A stretch of 64,000 nucleotides of DNA from Dehalococcoidia bacterium (GTDB lineage Bacteria > Chloroflexota > Dehalococcoidia > Lucifugimonadales > UBA3495), in assembly GCA_963667765.2 (NCBI GenBank), contig CAXXON010000001.1, forward strand, positions 1,151,722 through 1,215,721, written 5' to 3'. The notes beneath the pieces are model-generated. The model was not told where the DNA came from. It saw nothing but the letters and a program-made list of their open reading frames with translations, and made no database searches. Below, piece by piece: positions 8,716 through 17,375 of this stretch (position 1 is its first letter; the number at the start of each line of letters is the position of its first letter). The position numbers were made by a program, and so were the translations under genes.

Positions 8716-8917
8716 TGCTGTGTCCTCCCTGATTATCTTCCCGTTCAGCTTGTCGGGGGCGCAGCGGTTCCAACCTTGCCTAGCGGCACAGTCCCCCGTC
8801 CTCCATGTATAGGCGCAGAGCCTCGGTCACCAACTCGCTCATGTCGCGGCCCTCTTCCTCCTTCGACCGCTGCACCTCCTCGAACATCTCCGGCGGAAGC
8901 GAAAAGGTAATAGTCAC
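8708..8917 (-). pseudogene. decayed RHH gene upstream of rec2
   Basis: Own translation: (GTG 8917)TITFSLPPEMFEEVQRSKEEEGRDMSELVTEALRLYMEDGGLCR, then an in-frame TAG (8780-8782), then ARLEPLRPRQAEREDNQGGHSNE*. The TAG aligns with a Gln codon of the intact copy at 53887-54117. The conserved upstream ATG (8928-8930) is out of frame by 1 nt. Confidence 0.7.
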
Positions 8918-8969
8918 AGATTACCAGCATGGCGGTATGGTCTCTCGTCTTGATTACTAGTATATTAGA

Positions 8970-8981
8970 TTGTCTTACTAT
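8970..8981 (-). promoter_or_regulatory. conserved TTGTCTTACTAT (rc ATAGTAAGACAA) operator/promoter motif of the RHH-LSR module
   Basis: On the gene strand: GTATAGTAAGACAATCTAATAT. The motif sits just upstream of a -10-like TAATAT. An identical 12-mer occurs at 21580-21591 and 54149-54160. Confidence 0.4.
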
Positions 8982-9872
8982 ACATCATCCCATCTCCAGC
9001 TTGCCCGGTCAACGCGGTGCGGTCACCACACCTTCCCCAGAACCGCCTCCAGAGGCCGCGCCGACCCTGCGCCGCCTTCAATTCGTCTACCAACACGGCA
9101 TTGTGCGCCGTTCCTGATCGAGTTGCTCTTGCACCAAGGCCACCAGATACGGTAGGTTTCATTTAGCCTTGTAGTCAGTGGTGCGCCGCGCCTCCGACGT
9201 AATCAGCGCCCAGACCTGCCGGTAAAGGACTGGGTTGGTGAGCCCCTGTCGGCAGGGCAGGGGTATTTGCATTAGCTCTGAGAATACCCTCTGCGGCCTG
9301 AACCGCCGTGCATTGGGTCATCTTCTATGAGGTTTGCGACCCTCAGGGGCCGGCTAGGGCTAATCAGTCCTGATCCTATATTCGTCGATGCGCTGGCGAC
9401 ATTTGGAGGACTGGTCCTTGACTGTGCGGTCATTGACAGTCCTGTAAAATGTTATGCCAATCGAGTGATTGGTCCAGCTGAGTGCTGGTATAACTAAAGA
9501 TTACTCTCACGTTCTACGGCAGGTTTTACATTGCCTACCGGGGAAGGGAATTCACGAGCGCGCCACGGTTGACTTAGCCCGGTCGATGAGCGCTTTCGCA
9601 CAAAACTGCAGCAAGTACTTGCGCCAAATATGGCTTAATCGCTACTCTGTCCTCAGAACACTTCCAGGGTAATCTCACCTGCCTCAATACTGCCTGAGCA
9701 AGGGAACGATTCTCGTATTTTGACTCGGTTGAGTGACCCCATCAAGGCGAACGGCCGCGGCACGGCCCATGGCGATGTTACCTCTACGAGGAAGGTGCCT
9801 TTTGTGGCGGCAATGTGTTGTGGCTTCCCCGGCTGATCCTCTGTAACTATTGGGAACGAAGTGGAGGAAAGG

Positions 9873-10676
9873 ATGAGCACCTTTGAAGAAGGATTCGACG
9901 CGACTGAAAGAGCTGTGGACTCGGTGTTACAGGCATTGGGCGATGTTTCCAAGCTGGCGCGCCAATTACAACGAGACGCGCGGGCGGGCAACATCGCAGC
10001 TATCAGGAGAGGGACCGCCAGGCTGGAGGAAAGCCTGAGCCTGATTCGTCAACAGATCGGCAACGCAACCCAAGCCTGGCCCTTCGCCCCGGAGGAAGAA
10101 CTGGCATACTTGGAAGGCCAATACGCCAGCGAATTGCAGGGAGAAGCCAAAAGGAAGGGACTTCAACTGTTTGAGAGGGACGGCAGGTTGATTGCTCACC
10201 CTTCAGTCCTCCGGGTCTTGCCTGGGGAGCGAGCAGTGCGGATTGACCGGCGCCAAAGTTCATCCATCAGACCGACGAAAATAATGGCAGACCTGGCGAA
10301 GCTGCAAAATACGCCACCTCGTTCCAATCCGCAACAGTTTTTGCAATCCCTTTACGATGCCTACATAGAGTTGAGCGACCGCAGCACGGCCGACCAATTG
10401 AAGTTGGGCCAGCTAGGCCAGTTGGTCCGGCTGGACCGCATCTACAGCTTGTGGACAGGTCGCCCGGGAACTCGAGGAGATTACAGCCAGTTGGACTTCG
10501 CCCGGGACCTGTACAGCCTGGAAAACAGCGGTGTTAATGAAGTTCGTTCAGGAGCTCGGGTGTCCTTCCCGTCATCCACGGGCACCAGGAATCCCAGGGG
10601 AACCATATCCTTCGTAGGACCAAACGGCGAAGCGGTGCTCTACTACGGGATCCAATTCAGTGGAGTCAGCCGATGA
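9873..10676 (+). CDS. hypothetical protein A of the SNF2/BrxD-like operon
   Basis: ORF 9861..10676. ATG 9873 is preceded by GGAGGAAAGG. No motif recognised. N-terminal half is helical; C-terminal half is Gly/Ser/Arg-rich. The stop overlaps the next start (ATGA). Confidence 0.6.
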   Translation: MSTFEEGFDATERAVDSVLQALGDVSKLARQLQRDARAGNIAAIRRGTARLEESLSLIRQQIGNATQAWPFAPEEELAYLEGQYASELQGEAKRKGLQLFERDGRLIAHPSVLRVLPGERAVRIDRRQSSSIRPTKIMADLAKLQNTPPRSNPQQFLQSLYDAYIELSDRSTADQLKLGQLGQLVRLDRIYSLWTGRPGTRGDYSQLDFARDLYSLENSGVNEVRSGARVSFPSSTGTRNPRGTISFVGPNGEAVLYYGIQFSGVSR

Positions 10677-11653
10677 CCAGCACGATTTGTGTCCAGGAAT
10701 GGCTGGAGGTAATCAAGGACGAGTATTTGGATGGATTCGTAAGGGATGGTGGCTCGTCCATCAAGTTTCTCGTACCGGTCAAGGAAGCCCTAGCGCCGTT
10801 GGTAAAGAGCCGTCTTGATGATATTGGTTCCAGCTTGGACTACCTAGTGGTCTGCGTGGATTCGGGAGGTACCCGGGTCCATATGCCCCAGGAGATTTTC
10901 TTCCGCATCGCCCAGCAAGTCGATTGGCGACTTATGGCCCGCAGGGTAATTCTGAGGCTGTGCGAAGACTTGCCCTATCAAACCAATACCATAGACCCTG
11001 TCGCCGATACCCCGATTCTTGGGGCTATCAGTGCGGCAAACGATGTGGAAGAAAGCCAGGTAGCTCTAGACCTGCGCCGCAGGATGCCTAGGGCTGTCAC
11101 TCAAAACCGAGAGATGTCTCGCGATTTCAGACTGGCGATGACCCATCTGTGTCTTGCGGAAATGGACGGAGACGCGGAGAGCCAACAAGGGGAGGAATTG
11201 ATTGAATGGTTAACCGGGCGCAATAGAAGGGTGTCCAACGTCCGGCGATACTCCATTTACAACAGCATCGTCCGTACCAATGCCCGCCATTTCCTGGAAT
11301 CCCTCTTTAACTGGGTGAAGTTCGTTGGATATGCAGGAACACTGATCTTGCTGGACAATAGTCGAGTGACCCTGCGGCGGAATCCGAGAGATGGCCTGTT
11401 CTTTTATTCCCGCCCGGCGACCATGGACCACTATGAACTGATGCGGGAACTCATTGACAGTACGGACCGGTTGGAAGGCGTTCTCATGGTGGTGCTGGCC
11501 GATGAAGACTTCCTGGACCAGGAATTGCGCGGAAAAGGATTCTTTATCTATCAAGCACTCTACGCAAGAATCAGCGATGAAGTCCAGGACCGGAACCAGG
11601 CCAATCCCTTTTCTACTCTGGTCCGGTTGGCGGACACTACTGTCCAGGAGTGA
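10673..11653 (+). CDS. degenerate P-loop NTPase-like protein B (inactive paralog of gene C?)
   Basis: It has DGGSSIKFLVP where a Walker A would sit and AGTLILLDNS where a Walker B would sit. Both flanking genes overlap by 4 nt. Confidence 0.5.
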   Translation: MTSTICVQEWLEVIKDEYLDGFVRDGGSSIKFLVPVKEALAPLVKSRLDDIGSSLDYLVVCVDSGGTRVHMPQEIFFRIAQQVDWRLMARRVILRLCEDLPYQTNTIDPVADTPILGAISAANDVEESQVALDLRRRMPRAVTQNREMSRDFRLAMTHLCLAEMDGDAESQQGEELIEWLTGRNRRVSNVRRYSIYNSIVRTNARHFLESLFNWVKFVGYAGTLILLDNSRVTLRRNPRDGLFFYSRPATMDHYELMRELIDSTDRLEGVLMVVLADEDFLDQELRGKGFFIYQALYARISDEVQDRNQANPFSTLVRLADTTVQE

Positions 11654-12999
11654 TCGGAATGGGAATCGGGGCAACAGAAACATCCTCCAGGTTAGCGAAC
11701 CGCCGCGCTCTGGAAGCCCTGAGAAACGGGGTGCCCAATGGCGACGCAGTGGCGGTCTTGGGATGCAACCAACCTTCCGTTGAGCGTGAGTTCAACTCCA
11801 TGCTCGCCCGCGTTTCCGGCGAATCCGGTAAGGCAGACGCCGGCTTGGGGATGCTGGTTGCAGGGGAGTTTGGCGCTGGCAAGTCTCACTTGCTAAGTTA
11901 CCTGGAAACCCAAGCCCTGCAACGGAACTTCGTCTGCAGCCGGGTGGTCATCAGCAAGGAAACGCCACTGTTCGACGTGGAAAAGGTTTTCAAAGCCGCC
12001 GTAGCCAACGGCAGGGTCCCCGGGATTACCGGCCACATGGTGGAGGAAATTGCCCAGACGCTAGAATACAACTCCCAAAGCTACGCCGATTTTTCCGTGT
12101 GGGCTAACCGGGAGGACAACGGCCTGCATCGCATTCTGCCGGCAACCCTGTTGATTCATGAAAAGGAAACCGACCCCGAGCTACTGAATGAAATCAATTG
12201 GTTCTGGGCCGGTGAGAAGATTCAGCTTAAGAGCGTCCGAGACGGGCTGACTCATATCGGCGAACGCCAAGCCTATTCCTTCCGGGCGCCGATAGCAAGG
12301 AACATGCCCCCGCAAAAGTTGCGGTTCCTCTTGGAACTAATCAAAGCTGCCGGTTACCGCGGTTGGGTTATACTCATGGACGAAATTGAGTTGATCGCCA
12401 ATTACAGCGTTCTCCAGCGCGCCCGGTCCTATGGGGAGTTGACCCGTTGGCTGGGTCAGGCGACCGACGAAAAATACCCGGGCCTGGTAGTCGTTGGAAC
12501 CGTCACCGCCGGTCTTGCCGAATTGGTTCTCGATACCAAGGAAGACCGGGACAAGGCAGCCCCTCGCCTGCGGGCTAGGGGAAGAGACACCGACAATTTG
12601 ATTGCGGCGCGGGCAGAAACCGGGATGCGCCTCATTGAACGAGGGATTCTCCCGCTGGATGATCCTGACGACGCGACCCTTTCCGTCCTGTATGACAAGC
12701 TAAAGGATATTCATTCCCAGGCATACAGCTGGGACGCACCGGACATTGACCGCAGAATCGCTCAGACGAGACGGCCCAGAATCCGCTCCTTCGTCCGGCG
12801 ATGGATTAACGAGTGGGACCTCCGCCGCCTGTATCCTGAATTGGAACCAGACATTGAGGTGACGGAAGTGAAGTTCAGGTACGAGGAAGATACCGCGCTG
12901 GAACACCCTGCTTCGGACGATCCGGGCTCCGCCACCATCAATGAGGCGGACGTATCTGTCCATGGGCCTGAATCCCATCCCGTCCATCGCCAGGATTAA
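11650..12999 (+). CDS. P-loop ATPase, DUF2791/BrxD-like
   Basis: Walker A GEFGAGKSHLLSYLE and Walker B-like GWVILMDEIE. The N-terminal ALEALRNGVPNGDAVAVLG segment and the size (~449 aa) fit what I recall of BrxD-type ATPases. The family call needs an HMM check. Confidence 0.6.
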   Translation: MIGMGIGATETSSRLANRRALEALRNGVPNGDAVAVLGCNQPSVEREFNSMLARVSGESGKADAGLGMLVAGEFGAGKSHLLSYLETQALQRNFVCSRVVISKETPLFDVEKVFKAAVANGRVPGITGHMVEEIAQTLEYNSQSYADFSVWANREDNGLHRILPATLLIHEKETDPELLNEINWFWAGEKIQLKSVRDGLTHIGERQAYSFRAPIARNMPPQKLRFLLELIKAAGYRGWVILMDEIELIANYSVLQRARSYGELTRWLGQATDEKYPGLVVVGTVTAGLAELVLDTKEDRDKAAPRLRARGRDTDNLIAARAETGMRLIERGILPLDDPDDATLSVLYDKLKDIHSQAYSWDAPDIDRRIAQTRRPRIRSFVRRWINEWDLRRLYPELEPDIEVTEVKFRYEEDTALEHPASDDPGSATINEADVSVHGPESHPVHRQD

Positions 13000-13010
13000 G
13001 GACTGCTGCG

Positions 13011-13550
13011 TTGCCCATACCGTTCCGTGACCTGGGCGAGGACGAACCCTCCGGCGTAGCCGGTTTCCTGCGTTTCATTGACGAACCGGATGGAAGGGGA
13101 ATACGCGGCGCTTTATTCATCATGTCGGCTCGCGGAGAACCGATTGAGTTCACTTTCACCAGGATCAACCTTCGCTCCGGAGTTCTGTGGCGGCCGGGAC
13201 ACGCCCGGAGTCGTTCCATATCCGCCTTGACCAAGGCATTGTTTGAGTCAGCCAGCAACCAGGCCTACGTAGTATTTTCGCTGGCGGAGGAAACGCCTCC
13301 AGCGGTATTTTCCGATAACATACGCCCGGAAATCCCCCTGTGCCGCGTGGCATCCAAAGACTCCACGGCTGTGGTCCCATCGGAAAAAGCACAACGATTA
13401 TCCGAGTCCTTAATCCTGTATTGGACTAACGGCTTGCCCCATCCCGGTTCAGTGACAGCCCAGACCATGGAACTCCTTGGGCAGCGCCAACTGCTGATTG
13501 AACCCTTTGAGCGCGCCGCCTTGGGAATTCAGGAGGCGTTCGACTCGTGA
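13011..13550 (+). CDS. hypothetical protein D of the operon (179 aa)
   Basis: TTG start 11 nt after the gene C stop. The stop overlaps the gene E start (GTGA). No recognisable motif. Confidence 0.5.
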   Translation: MPIPFRDLGEDEPSGVAGFLRFIDEPDGRGIRGALFIMSARGEPIEFTFTRINLRSGVLWRPGHARSRSISALTKALFESASNQAYVVFSLAEETPPAVFSDNIRPEIPLCRVASKDSTAVVPSEKAQRLSESLILYWTNGLPHPGSVTAQTMELLGQRQLLIEPFERAALGIQEAFDS

Positions 13551-15340
13551 AGCTGCTGCCAAACTGGCTGACCGGCGCTCCGACGTCGCACCGGCGAGAA
13601 TGGACTCCGTTGCGACGTCAATTGCGGCCGCAGCCAGTTCGCACTGCCCCGCTGCCCCCGATCCAGCAGCCGAGCGCGCGGCATACGCCATGTAGCATTG
13701 ATTTGCCAACTGACGTGGTTTCCCTTTTCCCCGAGGCGGAAGCCGTCCCGGAGACAGTTACATCGGTAGTTCTGGCTCCGGCGGCGGGTGCCCAGGGAGA
13801 TATGCCATCCGGTTCCGGCCCGCGAAGCCGCTCCGAGTCTGCCAACGTCAATAATCCTCCAGCCACAAGCCCACGAACTAGCATATCCCTTGCCTCCCGT
13901 CTGCGGCTGGTTCTCTCACCTTCTCTCAACTCGTTGCTGCCCGGTCCACATTCGGTCTTGTCCTGGGCCGGTGAGTTAATGCCGTTCCAACTGGACGGAG
14001 TCCGAACGCTGATCAGCAGTGACAAGTTGCTGCTGGCCGATGATATGGGGTTAGGTAAGACCATCCAGGTAATCGCGGCGTTGAGGATTCTGATGGTGAT
14101 GCGGGTTTTAGAGACTGCGCTGGTAGTTGCTCCCGCGTCGGTCTTAGACCAATGGCGACAGGAATTGCTCAAGTGGGCACCGGAGCTTAGGGTGATGGTC
14201 ATTCGGGGCGGTCCCGGTGACCGGGCCTGGCAATGGATAAGCGAAGTACATGTCGGGATAGTCAGCTACGACACGCTTAGGGCGGATTTCACCGACAATT
14301 TACAGTCTCCGGTACGAAAGAAGACCTGGGGCGTCCTGGTTGCGGACGAAGCCCAGCGTATCAAGAACCGCAACCCTACCAGCGTTGCCGTAAAGGAACT
14401 GAAGCGTAACCGCTCATGGGCGCTGACGGGCACCCCGCTGGAGAACAATGAAGAAGAGCTGGCGTCCATCATAGAGTTTGTGGACCGCGGGGAACTGACT
14501 TCTCAAGGCCACTACTCCCCCGGTCTCAATCTGCGGGAGAGACATCGTGAATTGCAAATGAGGCGGAAGAAGGCCGATGTGCTTGAAGACCTTCCGCCCA
14601 AGCTGACCACCAAGCTGTCCATCGAACTGCTGCCCAACCAGCGGCGCAGCTATGACCGGGCGGAACGGGAAGGAATCGTATATCTGAGGGAGTTAGGGGC
14701 CGATGTAAGGGTGCAGCACGTTTTGGAGCTGATCCAGCGGCTGAAACAGATTTGCAACGCCGAGCCGGAAACCAGAGAGTCCAGCAAGTTTGAAGATATT
14801 CGGCGAAGAATGGAGTCCCTGTCCCTACAGGGTCACAGGGCCATAGTTTTTTCTCAGTACGTCAGCAACGGGTTTGGTGTTGACGCCATGGCGGGTGTAT
14901 TGCGCGAGTTCGACCCTTTGACATTCACCGGGGAGCTTTCGCCGGAGGACAGGCGAGAGGTCCTACGTCGTTTTCGAAATGGCGACCGGCACAAGGTGCT
15001 GATCGTTTCACTAAGGGCCGGCGGGGTGGGCCTTAACCTCCAGGAAGCCTCCTACGTATTTCACGTTGACCGTTGGTGGAACCCGGCGGTGGAGCGCCAG
15101 GCCGAAGACCGCAGCCATCGTTATGGGCAGTCGCTGCCGGTTCACGTGTTCAAGTATTCCTGCATAGACACGATAGAGGAGCGCATTGACAGGATATTGG
15201 AAAGCAAGCAGGAATTGTTTGACGAACTCGTCGACGATGTAACCATCGACCTAGGTAAGTCTCTGTGTGCTGATGAACTGTTTGGCCTGTTCGGGTTGGA
15301 AGATTTCTGCCAATATCGTGGTAGTCAGGCCGCGTCATAA
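13547..15340 (+). CDS. SNF2-family (SWI2/SNF2) helicase/translocase
   Basis: Motif I LLADDMGLGKTIQ, motif II LVADEAQRIKN, motif III ALTGTPLENN, and C-terminal helicase motifs LRAGGVGLNLQEAS and RWWNPAVERQAEDRSHRYGQ. The first ~130 aa are P/S/R-rich low complexity, so the true start could be downstream. Confidence 0.85.
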   Translation: MKLLPNWLTGAPTSHRREWTPLRRQLRPQPVRTAPLPPIQQPSARHTPCSIDLPTDVVSLFPEAEAVPETVTSVVLAPAAGAQGDMPSGSGPRSRSESANVNNPPATSPRTSISLASRLRLVLSPSLNSLLPGPHSVLSWAGELMPFQLDGVRTLISSDKLLLADDMGLGKTIQVIAALRILMVMRVLETALVVAPASVLDQWRQELLKWAPELRVMVIRGGPGDRAWQWISEVHVGIVSYDTLRADFTDNLQSPVRKKTWGVLVADEAQRIKNRNPTSVAVKELKRNRSWALTGTPLENNEEELASIIEFVDRGELTSQGHYSPGLNLRERHRELQMRRKKADVLEDLPPKLTTKLSIELLPNQRRSYDRAEREGIVYLRELGADVRVQHVLELIQRLKQICNAEPETRESSKFEDIRRRMESLSLQGHRAIVFSQYVSNGFGVDAMAGVLREFDPLTFTGELSPEDRREVLRRFRNGDRHKVLIVSLRAGGVGLNLQEASYVFHVDRWWNPAVERQAEDRSHRYGQSLPVHVFKYSCIDTIEERIDRILESKQELFDELVDDVTIDLGKSLCADELFGLFGLEDFCQYRGSQAAS

Positions 15341-15580
15341 GCCCGAATCCACCGAAAGGCTGGCATTTGGGTTCTTGCATGAGAGATTAGTGGGAGTGGA
15401 GGGTCAATGATTCCGCTCATCCGCCGACGGATAGGGCCAATGGTGGCTCGGAGTGGGCCTGGGGAATCCAGGCTGTGGGACGACGGTCAGCAGAGGACCC
15501 TCGCTGGCCTGGTCGCCGCGAGTGGGGAGAGATCTTCAAATGTTTGGTGGGAGAAACAGTTTCCTTCGGTGGGGATGGCG

Positions 15581-15785
15581 TCAAGCGAGCAGTGGAATGG
15601 CCCGCAGCCGTGCCAGAGCAGAGACAAACCCGGTTTCCCAAGGCCAGCGCCGGGGGTAGGTGCAGGGTGAGTTGGCGGGCCTCGCGGGTGATCCTTCCAG
15701 CTAGGGAAAGAAAGCGTCTGCGAAGGGTCTTGATGGTCGCCACCGTCTCTCCCAAAGCGATGCGCTGGGTCCAGCGGGCCAGCAA
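15581..15785 (-). pseudogene. frameshifted C-terminal fragment of a DDE transposase (IS1380/IS4-like)
   Basis: ETVATIKTLRRRFLSLAGRITREARQLTLHLPP, then after a 1-nt frame change WPWETGFVSALARLRAIPLLA*. This is the characteristic 'RLTLHLP..WPW' transposase tail. Confidence 0.55.
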
Positions 15786-15858
15786 CTGTCTTTGAAGTCA
15801 AGAAGGACGGACAATTTCAGCTGGGTACGAACTGCACCATGGAGCCTCATTCTTGACC

Positions 15859-16008
15859 ATGGCGTTTAGGCTGCTGGCGTCCGGCAAGCCAAAGAAGCTG
15901 GCGTTGGTCGCGTGCATGCCCAAACTGCTGGTCATATTCAACTCCATGCTCAAAAACGGCTCCCCTTGGCGCGACATGACTCAGCTGGAAATCGGTCACT
16001 CCTCTTGA
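15859..16008 (+). pseudogene. C-terminal fragment of an IS110-family transposase
   Basis: Own translation MAFRLLASGKPKKLALVACMPKLLVIFNSMLKNGSPWRDM... matches the conserved IS110 tail (GKPKKVALVACMRKLL..LN.ML). No catalytic N-terminal part is present. Confidence 0.6.
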
Positions 16009-16120
16009 CATTCAAGACAGTTGCTTGGGTGCTCCTTGTTTCTGATCGGTTTTCTCTCTCGAAAACCATTATCCCAGATGCAAAGGAGCACTTTCTTACC
16101 CCTCCACCTCCTCGCAAGAC

Positions 16121-16430
16121 TCATCTCTTCGGTGGATTGGAGTTTAGCCGCGACAGCTGTCGCTGGAGATTCAGCAGCCGTCTTTCGTCCCGGCCCTCGC
16201 TCAGTTCGTGGACCAGGCCGGCGATGAGGTTCTCTCGGCGCTGGACATTTTCGCAGTGGGCCAACTCGATGATCAGTGCCTTGTTCACCGAAGGGATGGC
16301 TGGGAAGTCGAAGGTGTCCATATTCTTTACCGCAGGGAATCGGGAGGCGCGGACCCGCCGCTCCACCATGCGCTGTTGCGGTCGATGAGTTCCAGTTCGG
16401 CGAGGCGAAGTTGACCTCGCCCTGCGGGAA
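16121..16430 (-). pseudogene. IstB-like remnant with internal deletion
   Basis: RFPAVKNMDTFDFPAIPSVNKALIIELAHCENVQRRENLIA is fused directly to LVHELSEGRDERRLLNLQRQLSRL. The Walker A segment that normally lies between them is missing. Confidence 0.55.
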
Positions 16431-16671
16431 GAAACGGGGAAATACGTGCCTCGGAATGTTGCAGCCCCTCTGGTTCAGAATTTATGATAGAGACTATCAA
16501 AATATAAAATCACTTGGATGGATGATCCAGCAACAGGATTCCCGACAGTAGTTCGCTGACCCACCCGGCCTAATCATTCGAACAGATTTGCGGCACAGCT
16601 TTCTCCGGCGGCCCACAGACCAAGGAGTCAAATCTGGGTAGTGCAGTATTTCTAATTTTCGAGGTGGCGAT

Positions 16672-16872
16672 ATGAGAATCTACTATCGCGGCTACGTCAT
16701 CATTGAGGAATACCCGAGGGAGGAGTGCGCGGTGCAGGGGAGGCGGCCGGAACGGGAGACACTGTCCCACGAGGGCAGCCCCCGGGCTGCGATGCGCTGG
16801 GTCGACCACGACATCATCCGGCAGCGGGTGGCAGCCGCCGGCTGGCTCAACCCCCGGCCGGTGTCGGCATAG
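16672..16872 (+). CDS. small hypothetical protein (66 aa)
   Basis: ATG preceded by GAGGTGG. A strong hairpin follows at 16944-16973. No homolog recognised. Confidence 0.3.
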   Translation: MRIYYRGYVIIEEYPREECAVQGRRPERETLSHEGSPRAAMRWVDHDIIRQRVAAAGWLNPRPVSA

Positions 16873-16943
16873 CAGCGCCAAAGGCAATGCAATGCTTCAC
16901 CGCCGACGACGGTGCTAATGAGAAAATCGAGGGGGACAAACAG

Positions 16944-16973
16944 GAATCGGCCTCGAATTATCGAGGCCGATTC
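16944..16973 (+). terminator. 13-bp perfect stem hairpin (GAATCGGCCTCGA-ATTA-TCGAGGCCGATTC)
   Basis: Read directly from the sequence. There is no clear U-tract after it (TACACAC), so it may be a terminator or an RNA-stability hairpin. Confidence 0.45.
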
Positions 16974-17375
16974 TACACACAAGAATGGTGAGACATGAGC
17001 CATACTCTATCGCCGGGGACGCTGCGCTGGTTGGGGGTTTCCTATCCCGGGTCAGGCCCGCTTACCGTCAGGCGCCGCTCGGCAGGATAGAACAGTCAGA
17101 GGGAAATGGCAGGGCGCATGGCCCGGTGCCGGTCAGCATTGCCGCCAAGCTGAGTCACCTGGGCAAAGGGCCTCATGCCGGACCGCGGTGGAAACGACAT
17201 TGGCCTGGCCCCGTTCCACAGTGCCTTGGCGGGCCCGGCGGTTGCCAGCAGCACTACAGCCGTAGATTTAGGGAAGGTCGAATTGAGTTAGTCAACGGAG
17301 GAGGTGAGCCAGCGACGGGTGCAGTTTATGAGATCGTGGGAGTGTCCAGGTGGGCCGGAGCGGTATTGAGGTAGC

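Noticed and set aside
16985-17374. 129-aa ORF, or a possible riboswitch/leader, upstream of the lipoprotein gene.
   Set aside because: The ORF has an odd composition and no RBS. I could not recognise any riboswitch core (for example a B12 box) in the region. Left unannotated.
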